Source of the DNA: Nemertoderma westbladi
Lineage: Eukaryota > Animalia > Xenacoelomorpha
Assembly: GCA_032718475.1 (NCBI GenBank)
Contig: JAUCBJ010007724.1
Coordinates: 1 to 53,841 of the forward strand
Length of the DNA stretch: 53,841 nucleotides
Reading direction: 5' to 3'
Made by a program: the position numbers and the translations under genes. Each line of letters begins with the position of its first letter. Position 1 is the stretch's first letter. This document shows positions 37,260-49,785 of this stretch, piece after piece. A model generated the notes under the pieces. It was not told where the DNA came from. It did not search any database and worked only from the letters and a program-made list of their open reading frames with translations.

Positions 37260-40200
37260 ATGACTGAGTTGATAGAAGATGATCTTGGTATCAGGGAGTG
37301 ATATACCTTACCGTTGCAAGCGTTTGTTGATAGCTTAATACGCGGAGACGCTAGTCCAACTACTACGGAGGACGATGGCCATTATATCGAACCGCCAATG
37401 TCCAAGGAACAACTCACTCGTGAATTGGACTATAGAAAATTCACCGCTTGCTATACGCATCGTAATGGTACGTATATGGACTTCTTAACTACTGGTCATC
37501 CTATTGATTACACGATACGGACGATGTAGACACCAAAAGGGAAATGGTTCTATTTAAATATCATACCCAGCGGAGTCGGAACGACAAACCAAGAATCGAA
37601 CATGAGAATTCTATTCAAAACCGACTCGAAAGAGAAGACGTTGAAGAGCCGGATAAACGCAGCGACTTCAACGAATATCTGGAATTCTTGAGAGAAACAT
37701 ATCTCAATATTGCCAGTCAACAAAATCTAGAAACTCGATATCCTCAAGGTATACATCATGACCCTATGATAGAACTCAAACGGCTCTATTTCACTATGAT
37801 GTATCTTACCGCCGATCGACCGCTGCCTGTTGTCCCGGATAGCTTCGAACAGATGGAGGAATATTGTAAAACTGGAGAACGATCACCTGCGTTTCCCCTA
37901 CAGGACGTGCGTCTTTGGTATTATTGTGATGAATGCCCTAGACCCAACCAACAAATGAAAAGACATAAACATCCGCGGAGACGTTGCGCTAAACACAGTT
38001 TTACTCGCTATACTTACGGGAGTTTCAAGCGAAATTTGTTCAACGTGTCACCTACGCTCGCTCGACTCAAACGATCCGTAAATAAACCCATGATCAGAGT
38101 TCCGGAATACTCGGTCAAACCTCCTCATTCCCTAGTGAGACCTCAGACTCTTGATCCTAATAGTATCACGGATCCTCCCGAACTGTACTCACTGTTCAAA
38201 GATTTGGTGTTACCCGAACAATTAATCGGTGGCACTTCGGTAGTGGGCTCTCTGGACATTCGCCCATCCTACCTAGCCGGATTGGGACGCAGACATTTAA
38301 TATCGCCGTTCAACCCTTACAATCATCCCGGTTTAACCCCGATGCAACCTGTCACCGAAGTCGAGGAGATCATTATAAGAAACGCATTAGACACTATTCG
38401 GCAGAATATCGGAAAAGGAACGTACGATTGTTTAGAGAAACGTAAATTAAAAAGGAAGACATCGAACTTGGACGAACCTATTCTCTACAAGAGTTTTTAG
38501 ATGAACGCTTACAAAGACAAGCGGAGGAAAATCAGCTCGAGGAGAAACACATCGAAATGGATGAGAGAGAAGAAGCAGCTTTAGCCCAACCCGAAGCTCA
38601 AATCCTTATGACTAATCTCTATTCCAAAACCATCATTCATCCCTTGATGGTTCCCCATTTCGGAGACAAACTCTTCGCAACGGTACAACCCCAATCGGTT
38701 GATATCAACCTAAGATCCCGAGATCTTATCGCTGACGCTCCCATGTTACAGCATCCACCAATCGAGGCCGCTCGTGTCGACGGTATACTCGTTGAACCTC
38801 CGGACAATCGAGCGGATCTTGTCCGTCGTATGGTACACGAGGTCAACATACGCGCTAGACCTCTACCGAACTCGTTTTATGGGATCAAAGACCACCCTTA
38901 TTATGTCAATCTAACTCTGTATTATATGGTAAAATCGGAAGATCCTACCCATAGTCTATAAGGTTTCTACCACTAATAAATCCTCTCGATCTTGTCGAAC
39001 TCGAACAATTGCAGAAACATCTGGATCAGTTAGTGAAAGTAAACTCATTCAGAAAACCCTATAATGTTTCCAGAATAGAGAAGGATATAACGACTCCGTA
39101 TAATCTCGATGGATTTATTAAAACTCGATTAGTCCATTGGAATCTCGACGTATTATTCGAAGAAGAGAGAATACAAAGATATGGAGATGTAGAGACGTAT
39201 ACTACACAGTATCTGAAGTATAGGGATCTCCCTAATGCTAACGAATGCGCCACCTTATGGCATCCGGTGGGGATGACCCTAGAGAACGCCACTACAGAGT
39301 GGAACGAAACTCTTAACGTTATCGAAATGTATGGAGTTGTCACTTACGATAACGAAGGTAGCGTTCCGGTCGGAGAACTGGGAACTATGCGCATGATACA
39401 CATACAAGGATTAGCTGGTTCTACCCACGTGTTTACTCGAGCGTGTTCCGACGAGATCGATTATTATTTTGAGACTCTCACCGAGATACAAAAGAAACTC
39501 CGGCATGGACAATTCGAACTCGCGCAGCGTTACGTCACCGACACCGAGTGTAAACCGGTCATCGGTATCGATGGATCGATGTTACCCCAGCCCGTGCTCG
39601 AGATGTTGTTTAACGAAAGAATCCTTAAAATCGGCTCAGCTGTTTATGGAGATCTCCAAAACGACTTTCGGAACATGGAGAATATCCCATATCCTTTCGT
39701 AGATACTCAGCTGATTGCTCCGTGGACAGAAGGCCGAGGTTTCTTCCGAACTATGTATGCCAATACACCCAGCGGCATTACTAAAGTACAACGAACCTCC
39801 ATCGGACATCTTGCCTTTCAAGAATACGGATGGAATTTCAAGGTCTGAAACCCTAATAACTATCAACAAGTATATGAAGATCATTATTCTCGATTATACT
39901 TTGACGGACCATTGACCACACCTGGCGTAGTGTATAGCTTTATGAGTGTTCTCCTTTGCCCCTCATTAGCTATATACACTATCTTCGAGAACGCCGCACT
40001 TGCCGGTTGGCTAGCCGATGTGTGCAGTCGTACTATCCGCGCCCATCCCTTAATACTTGGAACTAAGCTCGCCAAGCTAGATGAACACAATAAATTCATC
40101 CGCTTTGAATGCTTTAGGCGCTTTCTGACTCCATTCCGTAACGTTGATAGTCAGTTCAAGGACCGCGCTCTGGCCAAGCTCAGCCAAAGAGACTCAGCTG

Positions 40201-40596
40201 CTGAGAAGTTAGACAGCGCTGGATTCGCCATTTTCAAAGACGTTTGTATACAGAACTTACATTCCTCTGTTATACAAAGGCCCCGAATCACCACGGGTTA
40301 TTCTATCGTGGAAGTCCAGACACTGGGTTCGCTTGAGGAGACAGCTACACCTACCTCACCTTGCAATTGGAAGACGAACCAATATGCTTAGAAACCGAGG
40401 AGACAACGACTACGTTTTAGAATGGTATCAAGGTCCACAATGTCTCACTGCGTACGATTATCAACATGCCAATTATGTCTCAAGGAAACGTTGCCGATTG
40501 TGCGCATCTCGAGACCATTTCATCCCGGTGGACTCCAACGTACCCTGCTCCTACTTCCATGAACAGCCCACGATGGAGATCTATTGCGCATATTAG
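37260..40596 (+). pseudogene. Single decayed about 1100-codon ORF: Cys/His cluster - WRN/DEDD-like exonuclease - C-terminal Cys/His cluster
   Basis: Track ORFs 37314, 37544, 38557, 39009, 39912 and 40333 chain together via frameshifts and one in-frame TGA (39846-39848). Motifs YCDEC..HKH..CAKH; VTYDNEGS; LPQPVLEMLFNERILKIGSAVYGD; FVDTQ; CRLC..DH..C..C. Confidence 0.7.
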
Positions 40597-41254
40597 AAAT
40601 TCCTCATGATGATTTTTATGTATTATTATGAAATTCATTGACTTTTCCTAGAATTTAATTAGCTTTCTGATGGTAACAAAATATTTTTTTCATCATTTAT
40701 ACTTTTTGTGCTATGGTGTGTTTTTCATATCATAGTCACATTTTTTTATTATAATATCTTTATTAGCCTAACTGGTAGAAAAGATAATCCCTGGTTGGAT
40801 AGTTCCCCTGGTCAACAAGCTAGAATACAACCAATTACGGTCCAGGACATTCACTTGGCTGGGTTGTAAAGTTAAATTCAAACACGAGATTGTCTACTGC
40901 TTGGATTAGTACACATCAATCACACTATTTTTTAATAACAAAATACTAAACTGACAGATAAGCAAGCAATAAGTCTACTAGGATAAAACAACAACCACCA
41001 TTGAAACCAGTATATTCCTAATGTAATACAGCAGACATAAACAGAGGTGAATAAATCTATTCAATAACAGCACCCCTGCAAGCAAAATTTTCTCTTGGGA
41101 TGTCTGGCAGAGTTAGGCAGACAGTGGTGTTGGGAGGAGTATGTATAGTATTATCTCATGTTTTTACCCTAATGGGTTATCTTCATGATAATTAATTTAT
41201 ATGGATATATTATTTAAAATTATGAATATATAAAACTCAGAACAGATGCATTAT

Positions 41255-41396
41255 ATATTTTTCTATAAACCTGCGAAAATTTGGAAAGTTTTGATAAAAT
41301 TATCATTACTTTTTAGTGTATAATAAACTGTTGGGCATATTATGCCCAACCCCAGGTGGAATCTCGGACAAAAGAGCCCAGGTGGAATAGGGTTAA
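41255..41396. mobile_element. Isolated piggyBac-type terminus
   Basis: Ends CCAGGTGGAATAGGG|TTAA (41393-41396) with an internal repeat of CCCAGGTGGAAT. No partner end found. Confidence 0.45.
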
Positions 41397-41536
41397 GGTT
41401 ATTCTGTTTAGGGCCTTTTGTACTCAGAGATATATGGTAATGCATTATGGTGTAAAAATAATTTTTCAGTAACTATACATAATAAATTAAGAGTAGTGTA
41501 CAATAATTGCATTTGTTTGCTATTTAAACTTCCTCG

Positions 41537-41575
41537 GCTTAACAGTGACGGTGAGGGTCACCGTCACTGTTAAGC
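41537..41575. other. Perfect 18-bp inverted repeat with 3-nt loop
   Basis: GCTTAACAGTGACGGTGA-GGG-TCACCGTCACTGTTAAGC. Confidence 0.95.
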
Positions 41576-42037
41576 ACTGTCACTGCACAAGTATTTCATT
41601 ATAATGCAGTAAATTAAATTTACCAATGTTTGTACACATACGATATAGATCTGTATCTAGTTTGATCTCGAGGATTAGTAAGTCCGACAACATTATCTTA
41701 CTTGCTGTGTATAAAATGTGTAACTTTTGCGGATGCTCTAGTGTCACTTGATTAAATTAATTTAAATACATTATTTCGATTGTATGAAACTGTAGTAGGT
41801 CCTATATATTGTATATAGTCAATATTATTATTTGTTAATACTAATCACAGCGCATGTTTTTTATTAATATTGTCAATTATTCATTTATTGTGATATATTA
41901 GTAGTAATTTAAATCAATCTCGCCTGACCTGCTGGGCTGGTATTATATTTTTAAATCATATAATTGAAACATATTAATGCAACCACTCAAATGAGAGCTT
42001 GTGAAATTATAAGTTTAATGGTTTGCTTCATTTTCAG

Positions 42038-43910
42038 GCTGTGACATTGGCGTACTAACACGATTATCACTCGAAGGCAAGAACTTATATTACGAAAAAC
42101 AACTCCAATCTGCGAAACATAGTTCGCATGGATCGATTTGTCATTATTAATGGATCCAAATGTCCAAATCCCGATCGGGAAGCGATATTAAGTGGACCCA
42201 GCAGGTATCTGTTACCCGAAGTTCGAGCTGATAGGGGTCGTATATTTATTCCCGAGATGGATGGCTTCTGTAAGTATCTCGAAACTGATTTGAAGGATCA
42301 ACAACCCAAGATCGGGATCTCGAATTTAGTGTAAATTGCATTCGAAAGTTTTTTGACCTAATGTCTTTGATCGGTGGTGCTCTTCAGCTCACAACCCATA
42401 TCATGTGCCAGCCACAATACATTCACGAAGCATATAACAAGCTAGGTAATGAAAAGATTCGAGGTGATAAAGAACGAAATATAAATTCTATGAAAGTATA
42501 TATTAATAAGGTTAAACGATTTTATGAGTATTTGGTACGACTTGGTGTAAAAGATGCTGTTAGAGGGCTTGAAACAGTCCGTGATATATGTAAATGACAG
42601 AAACGTCGGCTAAGAAGGCATGCCTTCGAGGTTCGTGAAGCTGCTACTGCATCTATGCCAAGTGCACATGATCTTGCTCAATATGATAACTCGGAAGTGA
42701 CTACCGCCATATCTGCTAACATTATGAAACTACCAGTTATTGGACATTACGATGAGCTATCGGACATGCAAACCCACATAATTGGTCTTATCTTCCATAA
42801 TAGTGTGTTCTGAAGAACATGCGACTAGGGGAATTTAGGAATTCAACTGTTAATAAAGCTGAAGGAGAAGCCGTTATTAGAGTACACCGACACAAGACGG
42901 CCGACACATACGGCCCAGCCGATTTAACATTAAAGCTGGACTTATTTAAACTTTTGGGTAAGTGGGTTAAGTTCGGGCGGTATTTATATTGCGGGAAGAA
43001 ATTAGAAAACGATTCATCGTTTGTATTTATTCAACGAAATGGAGAGTGTTTATCCAGTTCCAGCACACAGCTGAACCGTCTGTGGCAAAAGGTAATCCCT
43101 GGATCAAGTAAGAACGCGGGTGCAACTAGCATACGACATTCATACAGCTCGTTTAATCAACAGTATCCTGGACAAGAATGTCACGTTGAGGGGGCTGCAA
43201 TGCAGATGGGGCATTCAGGTGTTACTCAGCGCCGAACGTATGACGCCATTAAGTCAGCATCACATGCTATTTCAGCAACGAGAAGACTCAGAAATGCCCG
43301 TGAATATGCTTCGCGAGAAACGGTACCGACTCGTAACAGTATTCCACCCCCCCCCCCCCCCCCCCCCCCCCAAGAAATGATTGGATCAGTTCTAGGTCGC
43401 CAAGAAACGGGTGAAACAGTTCCAGGTCGCCAAGAAACGGATGAAACAGTTCCAGGTCGCCAAGAAATGGATGAAACAGTTCCAGGTCGCCAAGAAACAG
43501 ATGAAACAGTTGCAGGTCGCCAAGAAACGGATGAAACAGTTCCAGGTCGCCAAGAAACGGATGAAACAGTTCCAGGTCACCAAGAAACGGATGAAACAGT
43601 TACAGGTTGCCAAGAAACGGATGAAACAGTTTCACCTTTAAAATCCGTTCGGAAATCATCCCAACCAATTTCAGCAACGAAAAGGCTCAGAAATGGCCAC
43701 AGTTACGGCGGAAAGGTTTCTTATCGTGATACGATTCTACCTCCTCAAGCAGTGATGGAAACAGTTTCATCTTCTCAACAAGCAATTGACACTTCGGATT
43801 CGGATGTAGAAATAGAAGCATTTCAAATTCCAGACAGGTTAGATCATATTATAGCATCGTTAGAGGGCGTTCATAAAGTGTATATGAATTGGCACATCCG
43901 CAGTGCGTAA
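42038..43910 (+). pseudogene. Tyrosine recombinase (HKT-type) with core-binding-like region and 10-aa repeat tail, copy 2
   Basis: SMKVYINKVKRFYEYL; MQTHIIGLIFHNS, then a deletion/frameshift near 42805 that removes Arg I, then VLKNMRLGEF; VHRHKTADTYGPA; FVFIQRNG; AGATSIRHS; MQMGHSGVTQRRTYD. In-frame stops upstream. Confidence 0.8.
43393..43632 (+). repeat. 30-bp tandem array (PGRQETDETV), 8 copies
   Basis: Unit CCAGGTCGCCAAGAAACGGATGAAACAGTT. Confidence 0.95.
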
Positions 43911-44929
43911 AGCTCCTAGGCTGCTTGTAAATATATCAATTAAGATTTTGTTAATTTGCACACTGTCACATGGGTTTCGTTAACTAAGGTCTATTTACAA
44001 ATTTTAGATATATCTAGAAAAGGTATCCCTAAGGGTGTTGTTGGTTTTTTATTAGGTATAACTCAATTTTGTAATAAAATAAGTGACAAAATAATAGTGG
44101 TATATAGTTACAATTTCTCAAGCCCGAATCACACAAAAATGTATGCTTTTAGCCAATTTCAATTTTCTTACCAAAAATGGACGAAAATATTGCTGTCTAT
44201 GATGTGGCAAGCGTTTCACAATCAGATCAAGCAGGCAGACATCTAGGCAAAGAGACAGACTTACCAGCCAGGGAAAGATGAGACGGCCAACCAAACAGCC
44301 AAACCAGACAGTCATCCATGTCAGACAGGTAGACCTGCGAGAAGACAGTCTCCCAGTCAAACGGATAGCCAGACAGACGAAAGACAGTCTGTCAGCGTCA
44401 GTGTCAGCCAAACAGACAGCCATCCATCCAGGCAGTCAGACCATCAAACCAGGCAAGCAAGCAGTCAGACAAACAGCCAACCAAACAGAAAGGACGGACA
44501 AGACAAGACAGATATATGGACTCCATGACGCTGTTATTTATAGTTGTGGAGCGGACCATATGGTGCTGTTATTTACAGGTGTGGACCATGTGGTTATTAT
44601 TGTTAAGTTTCGAGACAGGGGGGGGGGGGGGGGGGGGGGGGGACTGGACGCAAATCCCATCTCGGCGAATTAATATCCTGCCTCAATCTTAAATTTCAAG
44701 TAAGGGAATGGAGCAGGTTACAGTATGAATGTCTCTCTGTCTGTGTGCTATGGCTGTCCATCTGGTCTGATTGTGTCTCTTTTTGGCTGTCTGTCTGGTC
44801 TGTATGACTGTCTGTCCCTCCGTCTGTTTGGTAGTTTGTCTACGTGGTCTGGCTAGTGGTCTGTGACACATTATGGACAAGAAGTTAACAAGATATTCGT
44901 GTTTTGTGTTTACTAACGGGATAACTACA

Positions 44930-45690
44930 GTATGGATAACAGCACCATATGGTTCGCTTCACAACTATGAATAACAGCACCATATGGTTCACCACTACTA
45001 TGAATAATAAAAGTGATCAGTGAACATGTGACACACGAAACACCGGAGGCGACCCGAAGGCTCCTCTCTCTCGGCTGTTACCTATAAGGTAGGGAGGGCA
45101 CCACACCTATAAGGTAGGGAGGGCACCACACTAACTCCCAAGGGTGAACAATCCATAACTATCCACCCCTTGCTTTACTCCCCCAGCAGAAGCCAGGTTC
45201 CCATTGTACCACTGGGTTTGCGTAAGCACTAATTTCTAAAGTGTCTTGCTTAGGGACACAACAGTGCCAAATTTATACAGCCTGTAGTCGGATTCGAACC
45301 CGCACGCTAATGTTAAGGCAGTTCAGGCGCTGTATGCACTCGGACACTGGGACACTATGAATAATAGCACCATATGGTTCACAACTATGAATAACAGCAC
45401 CATATGGTCCATAACTATGAGTAATAGCACCATATGGTTCACAACTATGAATAACGGCACCATATGGTTCACAACTATGAATAACGGCACCATATGGTCC
45501 ATAACTATGAATAATAGCACCATATGGTTCACAACTATGAATAATAGCACCATATGGTTCACAACTATGAATAACAGCACCATATGGTCCACTCCACAAC
45601 TATAATAACAGCACCATATGGTCCATAACTGTGAATCTTTAGTACCATATAGTCCATAACATTTAAAAGCAGCGCCATACAGTATGGTCC
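44930..45690. repeat. 30-bp minisatellite split by a SINE and flanked by CAGA/TCTG-rich repeats
   Basis: Unit TATGAATAA(C/T)AGCACCATATGGTTCACAAC. Inverted copies at about 44525-44600. Confidence 0.9.
45010..45355 (-). mobile_element. tRNA-derived CORE-type SINE
   Basis: The minus strand has A-box-like GTGTCCGAGTG, B box GGTTCGAATCC and CORE-like GTTGTGTCCCTAAGCAAGACACTT, and ends in a T run. Flanked by TATGAATAATA on both sides (inside an array, so TSD status is weak). Confidence 0.8.
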
Positions 45691-46476
45691 ACAAATACAT
45701 ATAAATAACAGGAGGCATATTCCATCTTTCCGTCAGGTCTGGCTGTCTGTCTGGCTGGTTTGTTGTCGGTTTGTTATGCTGGCAAACCTGCAGACCGTCG
45801 CCTGTCTGAGTATCTGTTTGGCTGGCAGACTGGCATCTGTTTGGCTGATAGGTCTATCTGCCTGTCGGCTCTGGATGACTATCTCTCTATCTGTTTGACC
45901 TAACTGGCTGTCTGGTGTGTATGTCTATATCAATGGCCTGGTCGGTTTGACTGTCAATCTGTCTGTCAGCAACGTTTGGCTATATACCTGTCTCTCTGGT
46001 CAAGCTGGCTACCGTCTCGTCTGGCTGTCTGTCTGTTTTTGCCTGGTCTAGATCGTTGCCTGCAACAATATTGCCACATTATGGACAATGTGGACAGTAC
46101 GGTAGAGAATTCGGTACAGTATGAGATATCCGTCTTTTGCGTTTACAACCTGGACAACTGAGTAATAGCTGAGAATAGGGACAACAATTTGGAAGTTGTT
46201 GTTGGTATTCGACATCCAGACAAACAGCAAAACAGATATCATACTAGCCAATGGCTAGTAGCCATTAGCCAACCAGACCAGACAAGCAGTCCTGACTGAC
46301 TGACAGATACCAGACAGTAGGGATGCAACAGAGCTCCGGTTCCGGAAATCCGGAGCTCCGGCTAAATTTTCTAGCTCTGGTTCCAGCTCCGGGCAAATCC
46401 ATCCGGAGCCAATCCGGAGCTTCTGTTGTTAAAATTTCAATTAAAATAATTAGTTTTTTAATTAGTATAAAAAACA

Positions 46477-48404
46477 CAAGGGTCATAAACGCTGAATAGT
46501 GCCCTTTTCACACAATGGTGTCTGTAATTTTGTTACATTATGTCAACTTATCGGCGTTCTGGAAGATTAATTAGAAGACCATTAGGGCTTATTGCTTCCA
46601 AAAAAAACGTCTGTTTGTGTGTGTGTTAGTTTGTGTGTTTGTTTGTTTTGGTGTTTGTCGTTATGTTCACATTGATATTGGTTGGCTTAAGAAGCCCTGA
46701 CGGTCTTCTTAAAGCCAGATTAATGACTTTATTTTCTAGTTATTAGCTTTAATATTGTAATGTTTAGGAATATTAATGAAATCAATATCCTTGTTATGCA
46801 AATATTTGCAGTTTTACAAGGAGACAGCTTGAGCCCTTTCATGTTCGTAATTTTTATTTACGATATTGTGAAGTTTATACGTGATATTACCGTCAAGATT
46901 GGGGAATTATTTATATTATTATTTGCGGATGATTTGCTATTTTATGGCGACTCCCGTGAGGTAGTGCAAGCTGGTTTAAATGCAACTGCTAATTGGGCCC
47001 GGGAAAACGGTCTTGAAGTAAATCTTACAAAGACTTCCGTAATGAAATTTAGGAGAGGTGGCCGACTGTCCGCTCAGGATAAATTTTTCTACAACGGAAA
47101 CGAGGTGAAAATAGAAAAGTCTTATAAATATTTGGGAGTCACATTTCAATCATCCTTGAAATTCACAAAGCGCATAAATATAATAGTCTGCAAATCACTT
47201 TCCACAATACGGTCAATTCAGAAACCACATCTACTATCTATTAGCACAGCTAAAAAGCTTTTTTCCTTAAAAGTAACACCGATAGTTATGTATGGACTTC
47301 GCGAAATTTGGCCTTTCTTGTCAGTCAACAACCTTCATAGTATCGATAAAATCAAAGCTGCTTTCCTCAAAAGAGTACTTTCAGTTCACAAATCGTCTAG
47401 GAATCGGCTAGTTCACGCTCTCTGTGATTCGCGAAATCTTTCTATGGTACTTAAAGGTCAACTAAATTTAACAGACACTGATGTATTCAAAAAATACTCC
47501 GCTGAAGTAGAAGACAAAACTCGTGAAATCCCAGTAGAGTTCTGGAACAGTATCGCGTTCATAAATCGCAGTTGGACAATCGCAAATTGTCGTAAGAGGC
47601 ACACCATAACCCGCTTTGCTCTTCATGGTTTCCATTTCCGAATTTGTACATTCAGACCCACAGAATTTCATGAGGCGGGGAATGACTGTGTATGTAGTCT
47701 CTGCGGGAGGCCGGCGGACACTTACCATCTCCTTAGTTGCCCGAGCAACCACCACCCCCTTTCGTACTGGGCCAACAATCTCTGATTTAAAATTGTTTTA
47801 TAACTGTGTAAATATTTTATTATTTATGTATAGTATATTTGGATTTTACTGCTTGCTTGCTTAATGCTTATATAGTTTTACAATTGTACCATTATTTTGG
47901 TTTAATAAATAACACATATTTGCAGTAAAAACAGCAGTACGGTAAATATTCTTACGCTTAGCCTGCAATGGCTATCATCAAGTTTTTGATCCGAATATCC
48001 CCCAAAATCGGGAGAAAAAGAAGCACTTTTTCCCATAGGGAAATAAGTATCCCATAGGATTGAATTGAATTTAATTTTTTTCACGGAGAAAAAAGCAACA
48101 TAATGAAAATGAGAAAATGTGAAAATAATTTTGGTGGAATTTCTTAAATTGTATTACATGAATCAAAAGTGCATTGATGTAAAAAAAGTTAGCATGCAAT
48201 TTCAGCAAAATCCGTGCGCACACTCAAAAGTTATTGTAACTTTCAGTGTTTGCAAGAAATGTTTGGTTAGAGCGCCAAAACGCTAAACATTACAATACTA
48301 AAGCTAAAAATTAAGCATTCAGAACGCCGATAAGTTGACATAATGTAACAAAATCACGTACACCATTGTGTTGAATGGACACTATTCATCGTTTATGACC
48401 CTTG
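46477..48404. mobile_element. Nested non-autonomous TIR element with about 85-bp TIRs
   Basis: CAAGGGTCATAAACG..GTCAACTTATCGGCGTTCTG pairs with CAGAACGCCGATAAGTTGAC..CGTTTATGACCCTTG. Flanks are CA/TA. Confidence 0.85.
46805..47912 (+). mobile_element. 5'-truncated non-LTR retrotransposon (RT C-terminal half + CCHC finger; ORF ends 47785)
   Basis: VLQGDSLSP, LLFADD, GLEVNLTKT, YKYLGV and C-terminal CVCSLC..DTYHLLSCP. The 3' UTR ends near AATAAATAA. Confidence 0.9.
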
Positions 48405-49233
48405 TATATTTATGTAAGCCTCCATCGTTGCGATCACTCGGTACATAAATACACTCGGGTCTTAACTAACAGTGTGTCCCAGTTTTCCCACAATAAAGTA
48501 AATAGTATTTAGTATTATTATTTGGGTTCATCACAGTTAGCCATTAGGTGGTGCATTGTTGTGCAGCTGTCCTTAAGTTTCTCCCTTAGAATCAACATTT
48601 CGCTAAGTATTTGCGTGGCGACAATGAAGAGATCTAATGACAGGACTTAATGACACAGGAATTATTGTCATTCAGAGTTAGACGAAATAATTTGGGAAAG
48701 GGGAATAAAATACGCTCCTATTACCCAATGCAACATGCCGACCTCTAAAACAACATTAATTTAAGCCCAAACATTCGTCTGTCTGTATGCTGTACATTGG
48801 AATTATCAATTCACCAAAGCTCCGGCTCTGGTTCCGGCCGGAGCTCACATTGTTACCCGGAGAAACCTCCGGGCTCCGGCTCCGGATAAAATTTTAGCTC
48901 TGTTGCATCCCTACCAGACAGGAAGCTAGATAAACAGTCAGACCTGACAGACACACAGCTAGACAACGTTAATATTTATAGAGATGTATTTTTATTTTCA
49001 GTTTGAGTCCGATCAATCGCCCTCAATCAATATTCAACTGCCGGCGACAGAAACGTATAGAGTGGACTCCCTGATCCAACCAAAGACTGGTTGATGTCTT
49101 CCGGGACGAGATTAAGGGGGCAAGGATGCCTAGAAACAGCTATAAGATAGCGAAAGTTGGGCAGCTTTTCCAGGGAAGAGCAAAAAGCAAATATAGGCCC
49201 GTTTAAATACTATAAAATACTACCGGAAACGCT

Positions 49234-49785
49234 AACTTTCTTTATTTGTCAATAAAGACAGAATTCATCAGAAATACCACTGATTCCCTTTATATAATTA
49301 TTAGAAGTTTCGCTGGCCTTCCAGAATGTTTCACAGTCCTATGATAGGGGTGATAGCCTAGTTTTCCAAGGTCGTTTCAGGTTGTCATCCTGGCAACTTC
49401 GGGCGTTGCAATTTTGTGCTTGTAATTTAGTAATTTTGTGTAATATTTTTCAATGATTTGCATTTTTAATAAACCATAAATTTCTCAATCATTAATATTT
49501 TGATAAATCATTGTCGACTTTTAATCGATCTTGTACTTTTGTAAAAATTGTGCTTTGTGTCCTTCCGTGTTAATTATTTTTGTTTGTTTCTGTAATGATA
49601 TGATCAAAACATTATAAAATACCAACTTTCTTTATTTGTCAATAAAGAGCAGAAATACCACTGATTCCCTTTATATAACTATTAGAAGTTTCGTTGGCCT
49701 TCCAGAATGTTTACAGTCCTATGATAGGGAGGGGTGATAGTTTTCCAAGGTCGTTTCAGGTTGTCAACTTGGCAACTTCGGGCGT
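49234..49785 (+). repeat. Direct duplication of about 170 bp (49234-49406 and 49624-49785)
   Basis: Both copies run AACTTTCTTTATTTGTCAATAAAGA..GGCAACTTCGGGCGT, with small indels. Confidence 0.9.

Larger units (their letters stand above)
46318..48913. mobile_element. Non-autonomous hAT transposon carrying nested insertions
   Basis: TIRs TAGGGATGCAACAGAGCT / AGCTCTGTTGCATCCCTA. Perfect 8-bp TSD CCAGACAG (46310-46317 and 48914-48921). Subterminal CTCCGG/CCGGAG repeats. Confidence 0.95.

Noticed and set aside
45273-45718. Three overlapping repeat ORFs
   Set aside because: Artefacts of a stop-free 30-bp array.
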